Both the position numbers and the translations under genes were made by a program. A DNA stretch of 64,000 nucleotides. Origin: Candidatus Latescibacterota bacterium. Lineage in GTDB: Bacteria; Latescibacterota; UBA2968; UBA8231. Below are positions 55,073 through 64,000 of this stretch, in pieces. The first letter of the stretch is position 1. The number at the start of each line of letters is the position of its first letter. Under the pieces are notes generated by a model. That model had not been told where the DNA came from, did not search any database, and saw only the letters and a program-made list of their open reading frames with translations. The stretch covers positions 5,856,001-5,920,000 of the forward strand of contig OZ241867.1 in assembly GCA_965203175.1 (NCBI GenBank), written 5' to 3'.

Positions 55073-56605
55073 ATGAGCCAAGCACCCCGCCCCAATCTAC
55101 TCTATATCCACTCCGACCAACACAGTCCCTACGTCTCCGGCTGTTATGGCGATCCATTAGTCGAGACCCCCCACCTCGACGCCCTCGCCGCGCGCGGCGT
55201 AGTGTTCGACAACACCTATTGCCCCTCGCCGATTTGTGTACCCTCGCGAATGTCCATGCTCTCGGGCCGCTACCCCTGCGACAACCAAGTCTGGACCAAC
55301 TCCCATATCCTCGACTCCAGCATCCCCACCTTCGCCCACGCCATGGGCGCGGGCGGCTACCGCCCTGTTCTCATCGGCCGCATGCACTCGGTTGGGCCAG
55401 ACCAACTGCACGGGTACGCGGAGCGGCTCGTCGGCGACCACGGCCCCAATCAACCTGGAGGCAAGGGCGTCGATCACGGCCAACTCGCAGGCACGGCCGG
55501 GCCGGGCCGCGTCAGCCTGCGCCTGTCTGGCCACGGCCAGAGCGCCTACCAAGTCCACGACGAAGACGTCACCGCCGCGACCGTTGACTACCTCAACCGC
55601 CTCGGCGTCGCCAAGCGCGCTGGCCAAGCAGCTGAGCCGTTTTCGCTCTCGGTCGGTTTCATGCTGCCGCACCAGCCTTTTGTCGCCCGCTTGCAAGATT
55701 ATCGCTACTACTACGAAAATATCACTCCCCCACAAACCCCCGAACCCTTCGGCGACCACCTCCATCCCCACATCAAGCGCTGGCGCCAAGCCTGCGAGAT
55801 CGAAGAAGTCGGCGAGGAAGAGACACGCCGCGCCCGCGCCGCCTATTGGGCGCTAGTCCACCGCATGGATGCGCTAATCGGCCAAATCGTCGCCGCGCTG
55901 CGGGAAAACGACTTGGAGGAAAATACCCTCATCCTCTATACATCGGACCACGGCGAGCAGGTCGGCGAGCATGGGCTGTGGTGGAAACAGACCTTTTACG
56001 AGGACTCGGTTAAAGTGCCGACCATACTCGCTTGGCCTGGGCGCTTGCCCACAGGCACCCGTTGCGACCGGGTGATTTCTTCGCTCGACCTCAACGCGAC
56101 CATGCTCGACGCCTTGGGCTGCCCAGCCCTGCCCAACTCGCGGGGCCGCAGCCTACTGCCCTTGCTCGCGGATCCCCAAAACACCGAGTGGGACGACATC
56201 GCCTTCTCCGAGTTTTGCCAAGACGCGGCCGGGGCCGGCGGGCCCTTCCCTGAAGTGGGCATTTTTCAGCGCATGATTCGGTGCGGGCCGTGGAAGCTCA
56301 ACTACTACCACGGCCAGCCCTGCCAGCTTTTTAACCTCCAAACCGATCCGCGCGAGTGCTGCGACCTAGCGGCCGACCCGGCGCACCAAGAAACATTGGC
56401 CGCGCTTAAAGCCGAAGTCCTAGACGGGTGGGACCCAGATTGGATCGCCGCACGTATGGCTGCACTTCGCACCGACCGGTCCATACTGGCCGCGTGGGGC
56501 CGCACCGTACAGCCCCCCGACCAGTGCCGCTGGAAACTCGATCCGGCCATGGATTACCTCGACCCAGAGCAACTCGACAACAGCCAGCGCAATACCAACA
56601 AATGA
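55073..56605 (+). CDS. Formylglycine-dependent sulfatase
   Basis: RPNLL..SDQH, CVPSR (CxPxR), GRMH, PHQP, SDHGE, K..FYE. Confidence 0.92.
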   Translation: MSQAPRPNLLYIHSDQHSPYVSGCYGDPLVETPHLDALAARGVVFDNTYCPSPICVPSRMSMLSGRYPCDNQVWTNSHILDSSIPTFAHAMGAGGYRPVLIGRMHSVGPDQLHGYAERLVGDHGPNQPGGKGVDHGQLAGTAGPGRVSLRLSGHGQSAYQVHDEDVTAATVDYLNRLGVAKRAGQAAEPFSLSVGFMLPHQPFVARLQDYRYYYENITPPQTPEPFGDHLHPHIKRWRQACEIEEVGEEETRRARAAYWALVHRMDALIGQIVAALRENDLEENTLILYTSDHGEQVGEHGLWWKQTFYEDSVKVPTILAWPGRLPTGTRCDRVISSLDLNATMLDALGCPALPNSRGRSLLPLLADPQNTEWDDIAFSEFCQDAAGAGGPFPEVGIFQRMIRCGPWKLNYYHGQPCQLFNLQTDPRECCDLAADPAHQETLAALKAEVLDGWDPDWIAARMAALRTDRSILAAWGRTVQPPDQCRWKLDPAMDYLDPEQLDNSQRNTNK

Positions 56606-57267
56606 CTCAATAGGGCGGCTGGTGCTAAGACTGTCGGCAGCCAAACGTAGGGCGCGTACGTCGCAAACGTGCTAGCCGGCTCGTTGGTGAAGACGCGGAA
56701 TTCCGTCGGCATGGAGAGAACCGCGATGACGATCGCCTCGGCCAGTAGAACCAGCCCAACCGCATTCCAAGCCCATATCGCGTAAGATCCCATCTTGCCA
56801 CGCCAGACCAGCCAAGCCATGGCCGGTGCAGTCAAGCCGACGAAGATGTCGAAGTTGAGCCCTTCGTAGGTCATCTGCACCGGCGCTTGCCCGGCCTGGT
56901 ACATACCTCGTAAGACCATGGCGACCGGCACGCGGAAAAACTGGAAGCCAATTAGCCCGACCGGGCCGACCGCAACCATCAGCGCGGCCCCCATCCGCGA
57001 AAAGGCCAACCCACCCGTTAAAATCATCAAGCCCGTGAAGAAGGGTAGCGAGAAGCTCTGCAACACGTCCGAGAGCGAGGCCAGTCCGGTCGCCACCAAC
57101 CAGAGCACCGCGCCAGTAGCCGCCCGCATCGTCCACAGGTCGTCGGCCTGTCCTGCCCGCTGGACCGCGGCGCGCACGGCCATCACCAAGAGCGCCAAAA
57201 CGCCCAAGACCGTGGTGACAAACAGCACGTCAACGCGGAGGGGAACCTTGTCGAGTGCCAGTTCCAT
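56554..57267 (-). CDS. Hypothetical integral membrane protein
   Basis: About 7 hydrophobic segments, AAGGAGG RBS, Q.FR and NFDI..G motifs. Confidence 0.75.
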   Translation of the reverse strand: MELALDKVPLRVDVLFVTTVLGVLALLVMAVRAAVQRAGQADDLWTMRAATGAVLWLVATGLASLSDVLQSFSLPFFTGLMILTGGLAFSRMGAALMVAVGPVGLIGFQFFRVPVAMVLRGMYQAGQAPVQMTYEGLNFDIFVGLTAPAMAWLVWRGKMGSYAIWAWNAVGLVLLAEAIVIAVLSMPTEFRVFTNEPASTFATYAPYVWLPTVLAPAALLSHLLVLRWLLSSCSGSR

Positions 57268-57276
57268 GTCGCCTCC

Positions 57277-58077
57277 TTATTTTTCGGCCTTTTCGCGCGC
57301 CTTCACCTCGTCCCATATCTCGTCCAGGGCCGCCAGTGAGAGCGCGGCTACTTCCTCGCCCCGTGCATGCACGGTTTCCTCTAGGGCGCGGAAGCGGCGC
57401 TCGAACTTGGCGATTGCCCGTCTGAGGGCCTGCTCGGGGTCTACTTTGAGGAATCGACTGGCGTTGACCAACGAGAAGAGCAAGTCGCCAAACTCCTCCT
57501 CGACTGCTGCGGCCTCACCCGCCTTCCAAGCCTTGCGCACTTCGGCGAATTCCTCTTCGACCTTGTCGAGGGTGCCATCAATGTCGTCCCAATCAAACCC
57601 CTGCTGTGAGACTCGAGCTTGGATCCGATGAGCGCGCATTAGGGCGGGAAGGTGCTTGGGGATGCCCTCCAACAACGAAGGCGCGGCTTCCCCTTGCTCC
57701 CGGCGCTCCTGCTTTTTGATCTGCTCCCAGCGAAGCAAAACCTCGTCGGCCCCATCCGCACTCGCATCGTCAAAGACGTGGGGATGGCGGCGAATCAGCT
57801 TATCGACGATGGCTTGGCCAACCGCCTCAATGTCGAAGCGGCCCTCTTCGGCCGCGATCTGGGCGTGGAACACCACTTGCAGCAACACATCGCCTAGCTC
57901 TTTGCATAGCTCGGCGTCGTCTTCCGCGTCAATGGCTTCGAGGGCCTCGTACGTCTCCTCCAACAAATAGGGCTTAAGCGTGGCGTGCGTCTGCTTGCGG
58001 TCCCAAGGGCAACCGCCGGGGCCGCGCAGACGCGCCATGATGGCAATTAATTCTGAGAACGTGGAATCGTTTTGCAT
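57277..58077 (-). CDS. mazG: Nucleoside triphosphate pyrophosphohydrolase
   Basis: GCPWDRKQT, EETYE, ELGDVLLQ, RRHPHVF, EEFGDLLF. Confidence 0.95.
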   Translation of the reverse strand: MQNDSTFSELIAIMARLRGPGGCPWDRKQTHATLKPYLLEETYEALEAIDAEDDAELCKELGDVLLQVVFHAQIAAEEGRFDIEAVGQAIVDKLIRRHPHVFDDASADGADEVLLRWEQIKKQERREQGEAAPSLLEGIPKHLPALMRAHRIQARVSQQGFDWDDIDGTLDKVEEEFAEVRKAWKAGEAAAVEEEFGDLLFSLVNASRFLKVDPEQALRRAIAKFERRFRALEETVHARGEEVAALSLAALDEIWDEVKAREKAEK

Positions 58078-58153
58078 CACTTTTCGTTTCTAGATTTTGT
58101 ATGGAGAGAAACAATAATAAGGAACCGTGCCCCCCGCAGGTCTAAAAACCTTG

Positions 58154-58169
58154 TGGCGCAGAGTTTGCA
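58154..58169 (+). promoter_or_regulatory. Putative sigma54 -24/-12 promoter facing parA
   Basis: TGGCGC-AGAGT-TTGCA; GG and GC exactly 12 bp apart. Confidence 0.5.
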
Positions 58170-58253
58170 ACCGATTGTTAAAACATGCAACATATTTATT
58201 TTATACGACCTTATGTGTTTTTTGCACGGCTGTAACCAAATTGACACAAACCC

Positions 58254-58281
58254 TTGACAAGCCATTGCGCCGATTTATATT
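58254..58281 (+). promoter_or_regulatory. Putative sigma70 promoter of parA
   Basis: TTGACA-16 bp-TATATT. Confidence 0.55.
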
Positions 58282-58475
58282 GAATGCAGGCGGTGATTAG
58301 GGCCTTCTGTACAGCTCCCCTGAAGTACAGTTTTGGCGGCTCCTTCTATTTTGGGAGTGGTCAGTTGGCCCGCTTGATTTGTTGCTCATTAAATAGCCCG
58401 AAGTTGCTATTGGGGCATGGTCCAATTCTAGCTGGTTGAGCCTTTTTGCAGGCTTTCACGGGGCAAAATATCGGT

Positions 58476-59252
58476 ATGGGCAAAATCATCGCTATTGCCA
58501 ATCAAAAAGGTGGAGTGGGCAAGACCACTACAGCCGTCAACCTCGCCGCCTGTCTAGCCCTTTCCGGGCACCGAACCTTACTCATCGACTTAGATTCGCA
58601 GGCCAACGCCACTAGTGGCTGCAACGCCGAACTCGGCAGCGACTACGCCTCTACCTACGAGGTTTTGCTAGGCCAGCTTAGCACCTCTTCGGCAACCTTT
58701 CCCACTTATGTAAAGGATCTCTTCGTAGTGCCCGGGCACATCCGTCTTGCGGGTGCCGAAGTGGAGATGGCCGCCATGGTCGGGCGCGAGAAGCGGCTGG
58801 CCGAGGCCCTGCGCCCGGTAAAGGAGCAGTACGAATTTATACTCATCGATTGCCCGCCGTCTTTGGGCTTGCTGACGATCAACGCGCTGAGCGCAGCCGA
58901 TTCCGTACTCATCCCGGTGCAGTGCGAATATTATGCCTTAGAAGGCGTGAGCAATCTCAGCAAATCCATTCACGTGGTGCGGCGCTATCTCAACCCCACC
59001 CTCGAAATCGAGGGCGTTTTGCTCACCCTGTACGACGATCGCTTGCAGCTTTGCCGCCGCGTGGCCCAAGAAGTACGCAACCACTTCGGCGACAAGGTGT
59101 ATCAGACGATCATCAGCCGCAATATCAGCTTGGCCGAGGCCCCGGGCTTTAGCCAGCCCATCGTACTCTACGACGCGGAATCGAGAGGCTCCAACAACTA
59201 CAACAGTTTGGTTTCCGAAATCTGCGCTGATAGGCCCTCTGTCGTGGCCTGA
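58476..59252 (+). CDS. parA: ParA/Soj-family ATPase (no adjacent parB)
   Basis: NQKGGVGKTT, IDCPPSLG, VQCEYYALEG, LAEAP; start MGKIIA at 58476. Confidence 0.9.
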   Translation: MGKIIAIANQKGGVGKTTTAVNLAACLALSGHRTLLIDLDSQANATSGCNAELGSDYASTYEVLLGQLSTSSATFPTYVKDLFVVPGHIRLAGAEVEMAAMVGREKRLAEALRPVKEQYEFILIDCPPSLGLLTINALSAADSVLIPVQCEYYALEGVSNLSKSIHVVRRYLNPTLEIEGVLLTLYDDRLQLCRRVAQEVRNHFGDKVYQTIISRNISLAEAPGFSQPIVLYDAESRGSNNYNSLVSEICADRPSVVA

Positions 59253-59278
59253 TCCTTCCTTCTGTTCCCCTTCTGTAT

Positions 59279-59315
59279 TGATTGTCCTTGACAATCATTT
59301 GTATTCGCATATTAT
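59279..59315 (+). promoter_or_regulatory. Sigma70 promoter with an overlapping perfect inverted repeat
   Basis: TTGACA (59288-93)-16 bp-TATTAT; TGATTGTC-CTT-GACAATCA (59279-97) covers the -35. Confidence 0.6.
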
Positions 59316-59354
59316 ATCCACTTCTGCATTTAATATCCAAACAAAGAAGGGAGG

Positions 59355-60389
59355 TTGTCTGTGTATTCTTGTACGTCTGCGAACTCGGACGCGGCTACGC
59401 GAGTGGACGCGTCCTCCCCTCGCTGTGCTGATCATCCAGAATTTATCACTCAAAACGCCCAAGTCCGCCGTCTGCTAGCCCAAGCTGACCGGGTCGCTGA
59501 GTCCCCGGCGACCGTGCTCCTCACCGGAGAAAGCGGCACGGGCAAAGAAGTGCTAGCGAGACGCTTGCACAAGCGTAGCCCAAGACGCAGGGCCTCATTT
59601 GTGCGGCTTAACTGCGCCTCGCTACCTGAAGGCGTATTGGAAAGCGAACTGTTCGGACACGAGAAAGGGGCCTTTACTGGCGCGGTTCGCCAGCGCTTAG
59701 GCCGTTTTGAGCTAGCCAATCGCGGCACTTTGTTTCTCGACGAGATTGGCGCGGCAGACCTGCGCGTGCAGCTACGCCTGCTGCGCGTCTTACAAGAACG
59801 CGAATTCGAGCGAGTTGGGAGCGCGGAGACCTTGCGGGTGGATGTGCGGGTCATTGCCGCCACCAACGTCGATTTGCAGAAAGAGGTCCGCAAGGGGGCC
59901 TTCCGCGAAGATCTCTTCTACCGGCTCAACGTCGTGCCGCTGAAGCTGCCACCGCTGCGCCAGCGCAAAGGAGACATTCCGCTGTTGATCGAACACTTTA
60001 TCTGCCGATTGGCGGCTCAAAACAGGTGCAAAGTTCGCGGCCTCGACACCGCGGCCTTAAACCACCTCTTGGACTATCCATGGCCGGGCAATGTGCGACA
60101 ATTGGAAAACGCGCTCGAGCGCATGATCCTCCTGGCGAGTGGCAGCGTATTGCGGGAAGAGGACGTGCCCGAAGAGATCGTCCACTGGAAGGACGAAGAA
60201 GAGTCCGACCTAGGCCAACGCGGATTCAGGGAAGCGCGGAATTCGTTTGAGCGGCACTTCCTCTGCGAGGCCCTGCACCGGCATCGAGGAGTGATTTCGC
60301 AAGTGGCCGAAGACGTGGGACTATCGCGCAAGAGCCTGTATGCAAAGCTAGAAAATCTCGATATCAACTACCAACACTACCGAACTTAA
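59355..60389 (+). CDS. Sigma54-dependent activator (AAA+ and Fis HTH) with no sensory domain
   Basis: GESGTGKE, GAFTGA, FLDEI, FREDLFYRL, WPGNVR, C-terminal HTH; only about 30 aa precede the AAA+ domain. Confidence 0.92.
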   Translation: MSVYSCTSANSDAATRVDASSPRCADHPEFITQNAQVRRLLAQADRVAESPATVLLTGESGTGKEVLARRLHKRSPRRRASFVRLNCASLPEGVLESELFGHEKGAFTGAVRQRLGRFELANRGTLFLDEIGAADLRVQLRLLRVLQEREFERVGSAETLRVDVRVIAATNVDLQKEVRKGAFREDLFYRLNVVPLKLPPLRQRKGDIPLLIEHFICRLAAQNRCKVRGLDTAALNHLLDYPWPGNVRQLENALERMILLASGSVLREEDVPEEIVHWKDEEESDLGQRGFREARNSFERHFLCEALHRHRGVISQVAEDVGLSRKSLYAKLENLDINYQHYRT

Positions 60390-60390
60390 C

Positions 60391-61449
60391 TCACAGGCGT
60401 GCGGCGAGCGCACGGCGAAATTTCGTCATCTGGCCCTCGAGGTAGGCCCGGTGCTCGCCATCGGTCGGCTCGAGCGCGAGAGCTTGGCGCATAATGGCTA
60501 CTGCGTGGGCATGCCGCCCCAACAGATGCAGCAATTCCGCATAGGTGTCCAAATAGACCGGGCTTTCCGCATTGAGCTTGACCGCACGCATCGACAGATT
60601 CAGCGCATAGCGGAGGCGCAAGCCTTCTTCTGCATAGGTCCAAGCTAGGTTGTTGAGGATCAGAGGATCATCTGGGGTACCGGCCAAGGCGCGCTCGTAG
60701 TATTCAATGGCACGGTCGGGCCGCTTGTGCTCGTAGTAGGTGAGGGCGATGTCAACCGCACTGATGACTCCGGCTTTCAGCGCTTGATCAAAAGTGCGAG
60801 CGGCTCGTTCAGCACGGCCCTGTTGGAGCTGACAATCTCCTAGGGTGCGGATGAGCTGCGGGTCATCAGGTTGAATGCGCACGGCCTCGGTGAGCGCGAT
60901 TTCGGCTTCGGCGAGACGCCCCTCGGCGATCAAGAGGCGGCTGAGTTCAATGTGGGCGAAAAGGTGGTGCTCGTCGAGTTGGATGGCGTGGCGCAGCGCT
61001 TCTATGGCTGCCTCGAATCGCTCCTGACGGGCATAGAGCCAGCCCTCGGTCGCCCACAGCGACGCACTCTGCTCATGGTCTGCGTGCAATTGCGCGAGGA
61101 GTTCTTCAGTTTGGGCAAAGCGCTCTTCTTCTTGGCAAATGTCACGCAGGGCTCTGTACAGGTCGTCGTTGTCTGGCGTCAAGGCAATGGCTTGGCCGAT
61201 CAACTCCAGCGCGGCATCTACTTCGCCTAGTCCCAGCCGGGCGAGGGCGGCGATGCGGAGCGAGCGGTCGTCCGGCCCGTCTTGGCGGATGGCTCGACGG
61301 ATTTCAATCAAGGCGTGGCCGTAGAGGCCATCGCGCAAATAGGCATGCGCTAGCTGGGCGTGCTCGGCTCGATAGGCACCACATTGGGGGTTGCTAATGA
61401 CGAACGTGCCAAGCAGAGCGCAGCAAACGGCCTGTCTAGCGACGTGCAT
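60391..61449 (-). CDS. TPR-repeat protein, probably exported
   Basis: Repeated A..L.P helical pairs; LNNLAW, YLDT motifs. Confidence 0.85.
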   Translation of the reverse strand: MHVARQAVCCALLGTFVISNPQCGAYRAEHAQLAHAYLRDGLYGHALIEIRRAIRQDGPDDRSLRIAALARLGLGEVDAALELIGQAIALTPDNDDLYRALRDICQEEERFAQTEELLAQLHADHEQSASLWATEGWLYARQERFEAAIEALRHAIQLDEHHLFAHIELSRLLIAEGRLAEAEIALTEAVRIQPDDPQLIRTLGDCQLQQGRAERAARTFDQALKAGVISAVDIALTYYEHKRPDRAIEYYERALAGTPDDPLILNNLAWTYAEEGLRLRYALNLSMRAVKLNAESPVYLDTYAELLHLLGRHAHAVAIMRQALALEPTDGEHRAYLEGQMTKFRRALAARL

Positions 61450-62688
61450 TCAGAACTCGTGGCGGTAAGTGCCGATGTGAAGTAGTAAGCCGATGGCGAT
61501 GAGGTTGGATAGCAGCGAGGAGCCTCCCGAACTTAGAAAGGGAAGTGGCAGGCCGGTGATGGGCATGACGCCGATAGTCATGCCGATATTGATAAACACG
61601 TGGAAGGTCAGCATCGCGGCCAAGCCGACAGCTGTCAGGCTGTAAAAGACGTTGTTGGCCGTGGAGGCGATGTGCAGCGCCCGATAGATGAGAAAAAAGA
61701 ACAAGCCCAGTACTATCAGGGCCACAACAAATCCCCCCTCCTCCCCGATGACCGAGAAGATGAAATCAGTGTGAGCCGCCGGCAGGAATTCGTGCTTGGT
61801 CTGCGTACCTTCTAGCAGGCCCTTACCTGTCAGCCCTCCGGAACCAATGGCGATCTTGGACTGGATGATGTTCCACCCGTCTCCAAGGGGATCGCTCTCC
61901 GGATTAAAGAAGGTCATAATGCGGGCTTTCTGGTATGGATGCAGGAAGTGCTCCAAAAAATATACTGTGAGCAAACCCGCCGAGGAGTTGATGACGGCCA
62001 TGGAAATGGTCAGCCAGAGTTGGCGTAGAAAATGGTGGATCAAGAAGGTGCTGCCGACGACGAAGGTGGCGAAGACGTAAGGGGTGGCCCCTTGCCACAG
62101 AGGATCTAAAGAGCAGAAGACGCTGATGAGCGGTGAGATGACGAGAAAGATGGAAAACTTGCGCATTCCCGCCCAATAGAGCATGGGAAAGAGCGGAGCA
62201 CCAAAGGAAACCGCAGTCCCCAAGTCGGGCTGACGCACAATCAGGGCGATCGGCACCAATATGAGCAACAAGGCTCCAAAAAAGCCGCGGAAGGAATTGA
62301 TGTGTTCGATATTGCGGTCGCTTAGGTAGCGCGCTAAGGCGATGATGGTCGCGATTTTGGCCAACTCCGAAGGCTGCACCATCAACGGCCCTAAGCGCAA
62401 CCAGCGGGTGGCATCGCCCGTGCCCCAAGCCAACACCGCGACTAGGCTCACAATGCCGAACAGGTATAGCAGGTAAGCAACGCTGTAAATGACCTTTTCC
62501 GGAACATAGACGATAGCTATGGCCACGGCGAAGGCCAAGATCGCAAATTGGACCTGCTTGCTCCAAGCGTTCTGCACCGAGGTGGAGTCGTTGTGATACG
62601 TAGCGCTATAGATCGCGATGATACCGAGCATCACGATCGTCAAAGTCCCAATAAGAAGCGGTAAGTCGAGTTGGCGGAGCAGGCGCAT
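61450..62688 (-). CDS. rodA: Rod shape-determining protein RodA
   Basis: RW, QPSELAK, QPDLGT, QSKIAIGSGG, HTDFIF, PITGLPLPFLS; next to PBP2. Confidence 0.94.
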   Translation of the reverse strand: MRLLRQLDLPLLIGTLTIVMLGIIAIYSATYHNDSTSVQNAWSKQVQFAILAFAVAIAIVYVPEKVIYSVAYLLYLFGIVSLVAVLAWGTGDATRWLRLGPLMVQPSELAKIATIIALARYLSDRNIEHINSFRGFFGALLLILVPIALIVRQPDLGTAVSFGAPLFPMLYWAGMRKFSIFLVISPLISVFCSLDPLWQGATPYVFATFVVGSTFLIHHFLRQLWLTISMAVINSSAGLLTVYFLEHFLHPYQKARIMTFFNPESDPLGDGWNIIQSKIAIGSGGLTGKGLLEGTQTKHEFLPAAHTDFIFSVIGEEGGFVVALIVLGLFFFLIYRALHIASTANNVFYSLTAVGLAAMLTFHVFINIGMTIGVMPITGLPLPFLSSGGSSLLSNLIAIGLLLHIGTYRHEF

Positions 62689-62691
62689 GAG

Positions 62692-64000
62692 CTAGAGCAT
62701 TCCGTTGTTGGCTAAGAGCGTGTCAGCCTCGGTTACCTCTGGCTCAATGATGCCCTCTTGGATACAGAAGGCTTTGACGACCTCGCGCACGACTGGGCCG
62801 ACTCGCGCCCCACCGCTGCCGCCTCCTTCGACCACGGCCGCTATGACAATGGCTGGCTTCTCGTACGGAGCAAAAGCTACCATCCAAGCGTCGTCGTCGC
62901 GACTGGGCACTTGAGCGGTACCGGTCTTGGCCGCGATTGTGACGCCGTCCACCCGCGCTCGGCGGCCGGTACCGGTGTCGCTAGTCACTACTCGGCGCAT
63001 GGCCTTTCTCACGATGGCGAAGGTCCTTGACGAAATGCCGTCAATGCGTTGGCGGGGGGGGGGATCGCCGCTGATGTATGGCGTGACCAAGTAGCCGCCA
63101 TTGGCAATAGCAGCCACGTAGCGGGCCATCTGAATGGGCGTGACTAGCATGGCACCTTGGCCAATGGAGAGGTTGAGCTGGTGGCCGAAAGACCAGCCGC
63201 CGCGTTCTTTGTAGTACTGGCGCGAGGGCAGGAGGCCGGCGGCTTCTCCGGGATGGACGATCCCCGTCGGCTGGCCGAAGCCGAATTTAGCCGCGTACTT
63301 GTGCCACGTCTCAATACTCATCAGTCGGGCCAAATGGTAGAAGTAGACGTTGCAGGAGACCTCGATCGCCCCGGGGAGGGTCAGACCGCCGTGGCCTGTC
63401 CGCTTGTGGCAGCGAAACGTGCTCCTACCCACCCGCAGTGCACCATAACAGGGCTCAAACAGGCTCAGCGTATCGGTGACACCCGTTTCGAGCGCGGCGA
63501 TGGCACTAACCATCTTGAGTGTCGAGCCAGGTGGATAACGCCCATGCAAAGCGCGGTTGAGTAGCACAGTCGCGCTCTGCAACACCCGCCGCCGCTCCTT
63601 TTGGGCCTGGAAAGACACGAATACGTTGGGGTCAAAGGTCGGCTTGTTCGCCAGAGCCAGCACGGCCCCGGTGCGTGGGTCGAGCGCGACCAGCGCACCG
63701 GCTAGGCTATCGGGCAGGGCACGCTCAGCCGCGAGTTGTACCTCCAAGTCAATAGTCAGGTGCAGGGACTCGCCGGGCACGGGAAGCTGGTCGCGCTCTG
63801 GAAACTCCCGACCCGTGCGCCCGGCCGCGTCAATCTCGACGTACAACATTCCGTCGCGGCCGCGCAGGCTGTTTTCGTACACTTTCTCGATCCCGGTCTT
63901 GCCGATAAAGTCGCCGAGTACATAGGCGTTATCGTTTTTACCCTGTAGATCTTGGTCGCGGATGATGCCAATATAGCCGAGCAGGTGGGCGGCCGCCGTG
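62692..64000 (-). CDS. mrdA: Penicillin-binding protein 2 (5' part outside the window)
   Basis: Frame is open to the window end (AHLLGYIG...IGKTGIEKVYE); STLK, SCN and KTG motifs. Confidence 0.93.
   Translation of the reverse strand, partial: TAAAHLLGYIGIIRDQDLQGKNDNAYVLGDFIGKTGIEKVYENSLRGRDGMLYVEIDAAGRTGREFPERDQLPVPGESLHLTIDLEVQLAAERALPDSLAGALVALDPRTGAVLALANKPTFDPNVFVSFQAQKERRRVLQSATVLLNRALHGRYPPGSTLKMVSAIAALETGVTDTLSLFEPCYGALRVGRSTFRCHKRTGHGGLTLPGAIEVSCNVYFYHLARLMSIETWHKYAAKFGFGQPTGIVHPGEAAGLLPSRQYYKERGGWSFGHQLNLSIGQGAMLVTPIQMARYVAAIANGGYLVTPYISGDPPPRQRIDGISSRTFAIVRKAMRRVVTSDTGTGRRARVDGVTIAAKTGTAQVPSRDDDAWMVAFAPYEKPAIVIAAVVEGGGSGGARVGPVVREVVKAFCIQEGIIEPEVTEADTLLANNGML

Noticed and set aside
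56554-56605. 52-bp convergent overlap of the sulfatase and membrane gene
   Set aside because: Involves only unconserved-looking tails; common in compact genomes.
58081-58475. oriC or parS near parA
   Set aside because: AT-rich, but no DnaA-box array and no TGTTTCACGTGAAACA-like parS seen.

Overview
A GC-rich, gene-dense bacterial chromosomal window with no rRNA, tRNA, CRISPR or transposase seen. Lineage is inference only: diderm, FCB-group-like, possibly Latescibacterota/Poribacteria-type. It holds a partial membrane multiheme cytochrome, sugar-acid catabolic genes, secreted and outer-membrane proteins, two surface-glycan clusters, a long aromatic amino-acid operon (trpE(G)-trpG-trpD-trpC-trpS-chorismate mutase-tyrA-aroA-like-small ORF-aroE-argS-aroK-aroB-rimO), an S8 protease, ppk2, a sulfatase, mazG, parA, a sigma54 activator, rodA and partial mrdA. 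Best leads: (1) an A/T-shifted, tightly coupled three-gene module (TIGR04255-like + disordered/OB-fold + ComEC-type MBL nuclease) that looks like an unnamed defence or toxin system; (2) an intact AroA homologue lacking most catalytic motifs, coupled to an unannotated 46-aa membrane ORF; (3) a shared C-terminal TxVxxx[ST]WGxVKx5 tag on two unrelated secreted proteins; (4) an orphan ParA beside a sensor-less sigma54 activator, with a sigma54 promoter and a structured leader; (5) a complete trp attenuator missed by the ORF track. All family calls are from motif recognition, not database searches.
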